Below, one piece after another: positions 17,773 through 25,627 of a stretch of 36,331 bases of DNA (position 1 is the first letter of the stretch; every line of letters starts with the position of its first letter). Below the pieces are notes generated by a model. That model did not search any database, was not told the origin of the DNA, and saw nothing but the letters and a program-made list of their open reading frames with translations. The stretch is from Bacilli bacterium (GTDB lineage: Bacteria; Bacillota_I; Bacilli_A; ML615J-28; CAG-698). The stretch spans positions 1 through 36,331 of the forward strand of contig JBAYFA010000001.1 in the NCBI GenBank assembly GCA_041667425.1, read 5' to 3'. Made by a program: the position numbers and the translations under genes.

Positions 17773-18863
17773 AAGTATTCATCGCGATTGATTCTTTTAA
17801 AGGAACATTATCATCGCATGAAGTGGGATCAATGATGGCCTCATCACTTATAAATCGACATATTGATGCTGAATATTTAAGCGTTGCTGATGGGGGAGAA
17901 GGATTCTTAGATGCCATAGAAGAGGTACTTTCAGCCAAGCGAATCATGTGTGATGTATTTAATCCCATTGGGGGGTTGATTAAAACATATTATTTATATG
18001 ATAAAACGACACAAACGGCTTATATTGAACTTGCGAAAGCGAGTGGATATATGTTGCTTGCCCCTGAGCAACGCAATCCTGTGGAGGCTTCCACGTATGG
18101 ATTCGGTCAACTAATTGATCAGGCGATAGCTAATCGGGCCACCCACATTGTTTTAGGATTGGGAGGATCTGCTACTAATGATGGAGGAGTAGGAATGCTT
18201 GAGGCACTGGGATGTCAATTTTTTGATTATCAATCTCAACGCATTCAAGGTCTTAATGCTCGAAAACTTGGAGAAATTGCTACCATTAATCAGGACTTTT
18301 TAATTGAAAAAATAAAACATGTTCAATTCAAGGTCGTGGTTGATGTAAAAAATCCTTTGCTTGGTAAGAATGGTGCAACAAGGGTATATGGACCTCAAAA
18401 AGGGTTAACTTCGTCTATGATAATTGAGTTTGAGCGTCATCTAAGAGCATATGCTCGTCTTCTTGATCCCATGGCTATATGGCAATGGGAACCTGGAAGT
18501 GGGGCATCTGGAGGAGTTGGATTTGCTTGTAAGGCTTGTTTACAAGCCACTTGTGAGTTGGGGATTGATTATATTCTTGATTTGGTTCATTTTGAGGACC
18601 ATATAAAGTCGGCTGATTATATTATAACGGGCGAGGGAACCTTTGATCAGCAAAGCCTATTTGGAAAAGTCGTTGGCGGTATTATTAAACGCAGTCAAAA
18701 CAAAAAAGTGATTGTCGTTTGTGGAGTGAACAATATAGGCTCCACGCTTCCCAAAGAAATTGTGAAAGTGGTATCGATTGTTCCCCAAATTACCACGTAT
18801 GATGAAGCACTTCTTCATGCTCATGAGTATTTTAAAAAACTTTGTGAATTGATTGTTTTGTAA
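17769..18863 (+). CDS. glxK: Glycerate kinase
   Basis: The N-terminus reads MKVFIAIDSFKGTLSS. Also GGSATNDGGVGMLEALG and the ITGEGTFD...S motif. ATGA overlap with the msrA stop. Confidence 0.85.
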   Translation: MKVFIAIDSFKGTLSSHEVGSMMASSLINRHIDAEYLSVADGGEGFLDAIEEVLSAKRIMCDVFNPIGGLIKTYYLYDKTTQTAYIELAKASGYMLLAPEQRNPVEASTYGFGQLIDQAIANRATHIVLGLGGSATNDGGVGMLEALGCQFFDYQSQRIQGLNARKLGEIATINQDFLIEKIKHVQFKVVVDVKNPLLGKNGATRVYGPQKGLTSSMIIEFERHLRAYARLLDPMAIWQWEPGSGASGGVGFACKACLQATCELGIDYILDLVHFEDHIKSADYIITGEGTFDQQSLFGKVVGGIIKRSQNKKVIVVCGVNNIGSTLPKEIVKVVSIVPQITTYDEALLHAHEYFKKLCELIVL

Positions 18864-18885
18864 TATGGTCATGATGTGATATAAT
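18858..18885 (+). promoter_or_regulatory. Possible internal promoter for the NYN gene
   Basis: TTGTAA, 16-nt spacer, TGaTATAAT, overlapping the glxK stop codon. Confidence 0.35.
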
Positions 18886-18909
18886 AAAGAATACCGAAAG
18901 GAGAGTTTT

Positions 18910-19680
18910 ATGGAAAAATGCTCTGACAATTATAATATAGCCTTATTAATTGATGCTGAAAATATTTCAAGTGAATATGCTCCCCTCATCATTGATGAGG
19001 CGAATAAGTATGGGAAAATGACTTATCGGAGAATATATGGTGATTGGACAACCAATAACTTAAATAAATGGAAACCTCAATGTGTTGAATTTGGGCTAAC
19101 CCCTGTTCAACAATACACCTATGTATCGAAAAAGAATTCATCGGATTTTACTCTCATCATTGATGCAATGGACATTTTATATCGTCAAAAAGTCGATTGC
19201 TTTTGCATTATAACAAGTGACTCTGATTTTACAAAATTAGTCCTCCGTTTAAAAGAAGATAATATGTATGTATTTGGAATGGGAGAAAGTAAAACTCCTG
19301 CCTCGCTTGTTAATGCATGTGAACACTTTGCTTATTTGGATAAGATGAGTGAACAAAAGCAAAAAGAAGAAATTAAAATTGCCTCTGTTGAAGTTAAGGA
19401 AGTTAAAACAGCGGAAGTTAAAAGTCGAAAAAAGCAAGCTGAAACAAGTATTACCCCGATTGCTTTGTTAGTAACTTCTTTAAAAACTATTATTGATGAT
19501 AACGTGACGGAACAAGATTGGGCATATTGGAGTAAAGTTGCGGATCTTTTTCAGAAAAAATATCCTGGGTTTCATCCCCGAAATTATGGGTATCGTGGCA
19601 ATACTAAAGATTTCTTTCAAAAACATGGATTTCTTTTTCAAACATATAATACAGCAACTACCGTTTCTGTTAAAAAATAA
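18910..19680 (+). CDS. NYN (LabA-like) ribonuclease-domain protein with C-terminal OST-HTH/LOTUS-like domain
   Basis: IALLIDAENIS and IITSDSDF acidic motifs of NYN/PIN-like domains. Lys/Glu-rich linker. The C-terminal ~70 aa (ITPIALLVTSLKTII...YGYRGNTKDFFQKH) are OST-HTH-like. AGGAG RBS. Confidence 0.7.
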   Translation: MEKCSDNYNIALLIDAENISSEYAPLIIDEANKYGKMTYRRIYGDWTTNNLNKWKPQCVEFGLTPVQQYTYVSKKNSSDFTLIIDAMDILYRQKVDCFCIITSDSDFTKLVLRLKEDNMYVFGMGESKTPASLVNACEHFAYLDKMSEQKQKEEIKIASVEVKEVKTAEVKSRKKQAETSITPIALLVTSLKTIIDDNVTEQDWAYWSKVADLFQKKYPGFHPRNYGYRGNTKDFFQKHGFLFQTYNTATTVSVKK

Positions 19681-19700
19681 AGAAATAATTATATAATTTA

Positions 19701-19729
19701 AAGGAATTTGATAAACAAATTCCTTTTTT
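19701..19729 (+). terminator. Rho-independent terminator
   Basis: AAGGAATTTG-ATAAA-CAAATTCCTT followed by TTTT. Confidence 0.75.
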
Positions 19730-19752
19730 ATTATCTAAATTTTAAAAAGCAA

Positions 19753-19781
19753 TTGAGAAGTGAACAAAAAAAATGTATAAT
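19753..19781 (+). promoter_or_regulatory. Predicted sigma-A promoter of the MFS-GH2 gene
   Basis: TTGAGA, 17-nt spacer, TATAAT (preceded by TG). Confidence 0.5.
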
Positions 19782-19804
19782 GATATTGTTGGAGGATAAC
19801 TAAT

Positions 19805-22783
19805 ATGAATAAACCAAAATTGAGCAATAAAGTATGGATTAGTATTATTCTATTTAGTTTATTTGGACAAATTGCGTGGGTAGTTGAGAATATGTATTTT
19901 AATATATTCATTTTTCAAGAATTTCAAGCTACTTCTGATCATATTGCACTGATGGTTTCATTAAGTGCCATAGCGGCAACGGTGACCACTTTATTTATGG
20001 GGGCCTTATCTGATAAGGTGGGAAAACGAAAGATATTCATTGTTGCAGGATATATATTATGGGGGCTATCGATTATTAGTTTTGCCCTTCTTAAAAAAGA
20101 TATATTGTCGCATTTGTTTCCTTATGCGAATAGTATTATTTTAGGAATTAGTTTGGTTATTGTTTTTGATTGTGTGATGACTTTCTTCGGATCAACGGCT
20201 AACGATGCAGCTTTGAATGCATGGATTACCGATTCTACGCATGAAGGAAATCGTGGGAAGGTAGAAGGCTTTTTGTCATCCTTACCACTTGTGGCCGTAT
20301 TGGTGGTCTTTGGTGGATTTATGGGGTTAACAGCTAACCGCCAATGGTCTCTCATTTTCGTTATTATTGGAAGTGCGGTTCTATTGGTTGGAATCCTTGG
20401 AATCTTTTTAATTAAAGATACAGTGATTCAAAAGCCCAAGGATACTTATTTTAAAAATATCTTTTATGGATTTAGACTATCGGTTGTTAAAAAGCATCAA
20501 CGCTTATATTATTTATTTCTATGTTATGCTGTTTTTGGAATAGCAGTTCAAATATTTATGCCATATCTTATTATTTACTATCAATATCGATTGGGACTTG
20601 ATCAATATGTATTAATATTTGCACCTGCAATTTTGCTTGCAAGTGCGGTTACCATTTTTTATGGTCGTTATTTGGATCGTGTAAAATTTCAAAAAGCGGT
20701 GATGATTGCGATTGTCATGTTTATGGTGGGACAATTAATGTTGGTGTTTGCCGTTAATACAATCTTTGTATTTTTGGCCACTTTCCTCATGCTTAGTGGT
20801 AATTTAAGTGTAGCTGCTTGTTTTGGGGCCGCTATTCGTAACCATACTCCTGTTGAAAAAGTGGGATTATTTCAAGGATTGCGAATGGTTAGTTATGTGT
20901 TAATTCCCATGCTTATTGGTCCTTGGATAGGTTCATTTGTCATTCGAACAACTGAATCAATTGTGGGAGATGATGGGGTCTTGGTAAAAGTCCCAACTTC
21001 TTCAATCTTTTTTGCTAGTTTTTTAGTGACGATTATTTTACTGGTATTGGCGTGGGGATTTCGTCAAATTAATCAAAAAAAATATTCTCCTCTTTATACT
21101 GAGGAAGGAGAATCATTAGATAAAGACAATCCATTGAGTGAATATCCGCGCCCACAATTGGTGAGATCTTCTTATATTTCTCTTCACGGCATTTGGGATT
21201 ATGAAAGAGTGGGGAAAGTCACTCAAAATGGAACGATTTGCGTTCCATTTCCGATTGGGTCTAGTTTATCTGGAGTCAAGGACCCGTTAAAGCCTCAAGA
21301 AGTATTTAAATATTTTCGAACCTTTCATCTTCCATCAGATTTTATTAATCATCAAACTTTCATTCATTTAGACGGAATTGATCAATTTGCTGATGTGTAT
21401 CTTAACAAAGTAATGGTGGGATCAACGAATAACGCTTATCTTCCTTTTGTTTTTGATATCACAGACTGTCTTCAAGAGAAAAACACACTAGAAATTATTG
21501 TACGAGATCCCCTAGATCAGCACTATCCCTATGGAAAACAATCTCATCGACCTGGAGGAATATGGTATACAGCAACCAGTGGTATTTGGAAAAGCATTTG
21601 GATAGAAAGCGTTCCAAAGACATATTTAAAAGCAGTATCCATCACTCCTCGGTTTGATTCTCATGATGTATTCTTCGTGTTTGATACCAACGCTACCCAA
21701 ATTACTGTTCAAATCCCCGAGATAAATGAAACTTATCACACATCGAATAAGGAATTATTAATCCATCTTCCCGAGGTTGCAATTTGGACCCCCAATCATC
21801 CTGTTTTGCATGCGGTGTATATTCAATGTGATGATGATTTGACGCAATCATATTTTGCGATGAGAAAGGTGAGTATTCAAATGAAAGGGGATATTCCGGT
21901 TATTAGTCTTAATAATCAGCCTATTTTCTTATCGGGAGTACTCGATCAAGGATATGTAAGCGATGGTCTATTCACCCCAGCCTCATATCAAATTTATCAA
22001 GAAGACATTCAAACCATGAAAGATATGGGATTCAATATTTTACGTAAGCACATTAAAATCGAACCTCTTCGATTTTATTATGAGTGTGATCGATTGGGAA
22101 TGTTGGTTTGGCAAGACATGGTAAATAATGGATCGTATCACTTTTTTAAACACACGCTTCGTCCGATGATGGGCTTCAATAAAGTATGTGATGGCCTCAC
22201 CTCACAAACGGCTCCCTACTTGAATATCTTTCAAGAAGCCATGATAAAGACGATTGGCTTTTTATACAATAGTCCATCTATTATTTTGTGGACGATTTAT
22301 AATGAAGGATGGGGTCAAGTAGAAGCAGATAAGATGTATGAAGTAGCCTCACAACTCGATCCGACACGACTTATTGATACGACTAGTGGATGGTTTCATC
22401 AACATAAAAGTGATGTAGTCAGTCTTCACATATATTTTAAACCAGTTGTCATAAAGGCCCAATCAAAGCCAACGGTCTTAAGTGAATTTGGAGGGTACTC
22501 TTTGCATTTATCAGAGCATGTGAGTCATACGAAAGCATTTGGATATCGCATTAAAAAGACACCTAAAGAATTAGATTTTGATATCGAAAAACTATACATC
22601 AATGAAATAATACCGGCGATTAAAGCAGGATTAGCTGCCTGTATTTATACCCAACTATCAGACGTTGAAGAAGAAGTTAATGGGCTCATCACTTTTGATC
22701 GGAAAGTTATTAAAGTAAAGGTTGAAACGATGAGAAAATTGAATGAAAAACTTACTGAGAGCTTTAATGAGGCCTCATCATGA
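19805..22783 (+). CDS. Fusion protein: N-terminal 12-TM MFS-type transporter (aa 1 to ~425) and C-terminal glycoside hydrolase family 2 domain (aa ~445-992)
   Basis: One uninterrupted 992-codon ORF with a GGAGG RBS. MFS loop motif GALSDKVGKRK and about 12 hydrophobic segments. GH2 entry motif YPRPQLVRSSYISLHGIWDY, candidate acid/base in WTIYNEGWG and candidate nucleophile in LSEFGGY. Confidence 0.75.
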   Translation: MNKPKLSNKVWISIILFSLFGQIAWVVENMYFNIFIFQEFQATSDHIALMVSLSAIAATVTTLFMGALSDKVGKRKIFIVAGYILWGLSIISFALLKKDILSHLFPYANSIILGISLVIVFDCVMTFFGSTANDAALNAWITDSTHEGNRGKVEGFLSSLPLVAVLVVFGGFMGLTANRQWSLIFVIIGSAVLLVGILGIFLIKDTVIQKPKDTYFKNIFYGFRLSVVKKHQRLYYLFLCYAVFGIAVQIFMPYLIIYYQYRLGLDQYVLIFAPAILLASAVTIFYGRYLDRVKFQKAVMIAIVMFMVGQLMLVFAVNTIFVFLATFLMLSGNLSVAACFGAAIRNHTPVEKVGLFQGLRMVSYVLIPMLIGPWIGSFVIRTTESIVGDDGVLVKVPTSSIFFASFLVTIILLVLAWGFRQINQKKYSPLYTEEGESLDKDNPLSEYPRPQLVRSSYISLHGIWDYERVGKVTQNGTICVPFPIGSSLSGVKDPLKPQEVFKYFRTFHLPSDFINHQTFIHLDGIDQFADVYLNKVMVGSTNNAYLPFVFDITDCLQEKNTLEIIVRDPLDQHYPYGKQSHRPGGIWYTATSGIWKSIWIESVPKTYLKAVSITPRFDSHDVFFVFDTNATQITVQIPEINETYHTSNKELLIHLPEVAIWTPNHPVLHAVYIQCDDDLTQSYFAMRKVSIQMKGDIPVISLNNQPIFLSGVLDQGYVSDGLFTPASYQIYQEDIQTMKDMGFNILRKHIKIEPLRFYYECDRLGMLVWQDMVNNGSYHFFKHTLRPMMGFNKVCDGLTSQTAPYLNIFQEAMIKTIGFLYNSPSIILWTIYNEGWGQVEADKMYEVASQLDPTRLIDTTSGWFHQHKSDVVSLHIYFKPVVIKAQSKPTVLSEFGGYSLHLSEHVSHTKAFGYRIKKTPKELDFDIEKLYINEIIPAIKAGLAACIYTQLSDVEEEVNGLITFDRKVIKVKVETMRKLNEKLTESFNEASS

Positions 22784-23112
22784 AAATATATCATCAATTT
22801 CATGGAGAGATTGCTATTTCTGATATTGGAAAAGAATTAAGGCAAATTGTAAAAAGGGAATCGATAGCATTTAAAGTATTGACTGGATATGGGTCAACAA
22901 CGGGATCGTGTCAGTCAAAAAGTGCGGTGCTACGTTCGTTATCTAAAATGCAAAAAGAGGGTTTGGTTAAGGGCTATCTGCCAGGAGAGGTTAAAACACA
23001 AGTTTTAATGAGCCATTGTAGGTACTATGTGACTAAAATGCGGTATCAATCTATTTTAAAAACTGATCCAGATTATGGAAATGATGGCATCATCTTTGTG
23101 TTTATCAAATAA
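22780..23112 (+). CDS. Small Smr-like domain protein
   Basis: HQFHG, TGYGS and GNDGIIFVFIK line up with the LDLHG, HGxG and C-terminal strand motifs of Smr domains. ATGA overlap with the stop of the MFS-GH2 ORF. Confidence 0.45.
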   Translation: MKIYHQFHGEIAISDIGKELRQIVKRESIAFKVLTGYGSTTGSCQSKSAVLRSLSKMQKEGLVKGYLPGEVKTQVLMSHCRYYVTKMRYQSILKTDPDYGNDGIIFVFIK

Positions 23113-23188
23113 AGATTAAAAATGTTGACATCCCATTGTTGTCTGGGACCATTCATAATAAAATTTACCAAGAAGAAAGAGGGCTATC

Positions 23189-24103
23189 ATGGAATACTAT
23201 ACTATTGATTTTGAAACAGCCAATGCCAATATGACAAGTCCTTGTAGTATCGGGATTGTGGGAGTAGACAATGGCAAAATTGTGATGCGAAAACACATTT
23301 TAATTAATCCTGAAGAACCATTTTTGCCTTTTAATATCACCATTCATTCCATTACTCCCCTAGATGTCGTTCATGCTAAAAACTTTTGTGGGGTATGGGA
23401 AGAAATTAAGTCATATTTTCAAAGTCAAATCGTATTTAGCCATTGTTCAGGCTTTGATTTTCATGTGTTAGATCAAACAATGACTAAATATCAAATTGCT
23501 AAACCAATTTTTCGATTTGGGGATACCCTTCGCATTGCTAGATTGTTATGGGATAAAGAGACGATGCCGAATCATAAACTCAATACCATTGCGATGTATT
23601 TGGAACATGAGTTTAACCATCACAACGCGTTAAGTGACGCCGAAGTGTGTGTGCATATTATTGAACGGGCAAAGAAGATTTTACAAGTCGATGATGTTAA
23701 AGAAGTTTATGATGCCCTCGAACTTCGGTTTGGATATTTTGGGCCAGATCGTTTTTATGATACTTACCAATTAAAACGGCGATATCGAAAAGATCGTCCG
23801 AAAGAGCCTCATCCCTTTTTATATGATAAATTATTCATTTATTCGGGGAAACCGTCACACGTCACCAAAAAGGAATGGATTGATAACCTCCTTCAGTGTG
23901 GAGCTTATGTGGATACCATCGTATCAAAAAAAGCTGATTATGTGGTATTACTAAATAATTATAAACCTGAAAAGAAACGAAAAGCAGAACGACTCATTCA
24001 AGAAGGAGTCCCTCTTTGCATTATTGATGAAGAGGATGTAGAAAGGATGAAAGCTTATGATATTTCCTATTCCATCTCGTCATCATCTTCAAAGTGTTCG
24101 TGA
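23189..24103 (+). CDS. DEDDh 3'-5' exonuclease (DnaQ/epsilon-like) with C-terminal BRCT domain
   Basis: Exo I IDFET, Exo II SGFDFHVL, Exo III HHNALSDAE. The C-terminal BRCT-like segment is FIYSGKPSHVTKKEWIDNLLQCGAYVDTIVSKKADYVVL. Confidence 0.8.
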   Translation: MEYYTIDFETANANMTSPCSIGIVGVDNGKIVMRKHILINPEEPFLPFNITIHSITPLDVVHAKNFCGVWEEIKSYFQSQIVFSHCSGFDFHVLDQTMTKYQIAKPIFRFGDTLRIARLLWDKETMPNHKLNTIAMYLEHEFNHHNALSDAEVCVHIIERAKKILQVDDVKEVYDALELRFGYFGPDRFYDTYQLKRRYRKDRPKEPHPFLYDKLFIYSGKPSHVTKKEWIDNLLQCGAYVDTIVSKKADYVVLLNNYKPEKKRKAERLIQEGVPLCIIDEEDVERMKAYDISYSISSSSSKCS

Positions 24104-24881
24104 ATTTTTATTATTCTATCATCTTGGAAAGAGTCATATCTATCAATTAGAACAAGCTAACGCGCTCTATATTAATGGAGAATCCGTAAAAACAAGTGAT
24201 ATTTTAAAACAGGGGGATGAACTTCTTATTTTATTTGAAAATATCGACGAGACTACCCATGAAGCAAAATACTTCCCTTTGGATATCTTATGGGAAGACC
24301 GTGACTATTTACTCGTCAATAAACCTGGTAATCTTCTGGTTCATTCTGATGGAAAAGGAATCAGTTTATCTCATTATGTTGCTGCGCATTATCATGATGC
24401 GGCAATCGTCACTCGGTGTCTACATCGATTAGATGTTGAAACAACAGGAATGGTTTTGTTTTCCAAACATCTGCTTGCTCATGCCGCTATGGCATATGCA
24501 TTTGAACAGCAATCCATTGAAAAAGAATATGTGGCCTTATGCGAAGGAAAATTTAATGTCTTAGACGGAGTGATTGACCAACCCATTGGTCGAAATCGTC
24601 ATGATCAATCACAAATAATATCAAAAACAGGCAAAAGTGCTCATACGGAGTATCACGTTGTATCATATCGATTAGGGGTTAGTCGTGTGAAAGTAAAAAT
24701 TACTGGTGGACGACGTCATCAAATTCGCGTTCATTTAGCTTCGCTTACTCATCCTGTTGTGGGGGATGAATTATATGGAGCAAAGACAAAAGGGGCATTA
24801 AAACTTCATTTTGAAACGATTACCTTTATTCATCCTTTTACTCAAAAAACGCTCACTTTTCATTGTGATCCTCCCTGGTAA
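24057..24881 (+). CDS. RluA-family 23S rRNA/tRNA pseudouridine synthase with S4-like N-terminal domain
   Basis: HRLDVETTGMVLFSK (catalytic Asp motif) and GGRRHQIRVH. It overlaps the upstream gene by 47 nt. No alternative in-frame start is nearby. Confidence 0.85.
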   Translation: MIFPIPSRHHLQSVREFLLFYHLGKSHIYQLEQANALYINGESVKTSDILKQGDELLILFENIDETTHEAKYFPLDILWEDRDYLLVNKPGNLLVHSDGKGISLSHYVAAHYHDAAIVTRCLHRLDVETTGMVLFSKHLLAHAAMAYAFEQQSIEKEYVALCEGKFNVLDGVIDQPIGRNRHDQSQIISKTGKSAHTEYHVVSYRLGVSRVKVKITGGRRHQIRVHLASLTHPVVGDELYGAKTKGALKLHFETITFIHPFTQKTLTFHCDPPW

Positions 24882-24904
24882 AATGCACATCAAATGACAG
24901 ACTC

Positions 24905-24940
24905 ATCCTCCTGTGGTACAATGAAGTACCATAGGAGGAT
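24905..24940 (+). promoter_or_regulatory. 15-bp hairpin sequestering the Shine-Dalgarno of the nitroreductase gene (also a possible terminator for the upstream gene)
   Basis: ATCCTCCTGTGGTAC-AATGAA-GTACCATAGGAGGAT: 14 Watson-Crick pairs plus one G-U. AGGAGG (24933-24938) lies entirely in the 3' arm, and the ATG is at 24947. Confidence 0.6.
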
Positions 24941-24946
24941 TTTAAT

Positions 24947-25546
24947 ATGAAACAACATATATTTAATAGTTTACAACAACGTCGTAGTCAATACAATTTA
25001 TCGAATCAATCATCACTTTCTGATGACGAACTTCAGGAGTTAATCGAACAATCGCTTTTACAAACACCGACCGCTTTTAATTCACAAACAGGCAGAGTGG
25101 TTTTATTATTAGGAATGAAGCATCATCAATTGTGGGATCTTGTTTTGTCCACACTTAAGCCATTGGTTCCATCAAAAAGTTTTCCTAAGACCGAAGAAAA
25201 AATTAAGTCTTTTAGAAATGCATATGGGACTATATTGTTTTTTGAAGAGGAAGCAATCATTAAGACATTACAAGAAAAATTTCCATTATATCGCGATAGT
25301 TTTCCCTTGTGGTCTATCCAAAGTGCGGGCATGTTAAATTTGATAGTATGGACGGCGATTTCAGAAGCAAAAATGGGGGCTTCTCTTCAACATTACAATC
25401 CGTTAATTGATGATGAAGTGAAACGAATGTTCAATTTACCGTCATCATGGCGCTTGATTGCGCAAATGCCGTTTGGCGTTGCATTGAGGGTACCTGATAA
25501 AAAAGAGAGTGTTCCTGTCAAAAATCGATATCAAATAATTAAGTAA
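24947..25546 (+). CDS. Nitroreductase family protein
   Basis: RRSQYNL N-terminal motif. Overall length and pattern match the NAD(P)H-flavin nitroreductase fold (SIQSAGMLNL, GASLQHYNPLID). Confidence 0.75.
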   Translation: MKQHIFNSLQQRRSQYNLSNQSSLSDDELQELIEQSLLQTPTAFNSQTGRVVLLLGMKHHQLWDLVLSTLKPLVPSKSFPKTEEKIKSFRNAYGTILFFEEEAIIKTLQEKFPLYRDSFPLWSIQSAGMLNLIVWTAISEAKMGASLQHYNPLIDDEVKRMFNLPSSWRLIAQMPFGVALRVPDKKESVPVKNRYQIIK

Positions 25547-25553
25547 GTAGGGG

Positions 25554-25580
25554 TTGCACGTGAAATCGTGCAATCTTTTT
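25554..25580 (+). terminator. Rho-independent terminator
   Basis: TTGCACG-TGAAAT-CGTGCAA followed by TCTTTTT. Confidence 0.7.
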
Positions 25581-25581
25581 A

Positions 25582-25610
25582 TTGCAGTTCCCCTCATTTT
25601 TTGATATAAT
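25582..25610 (+). promoter_or_regulatory. Predicted sigma-A promoter
   Basis: TTGCAG, 17-nt spacer, TGaTATAAT. Confidence 0.55.
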
Positions 25611-25627
25611 ACAATTCGGTGAGTAAA

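Noticed and set aside
23125-23159. A consensus TTGACA upstream of the exonuclease gene, as a promoter.
   Set aside because: The only -10-like hexamer (CATAAT, 23154-23159) is 23 nt away, which is too far for a sigma-A promoter, so I did not call it.
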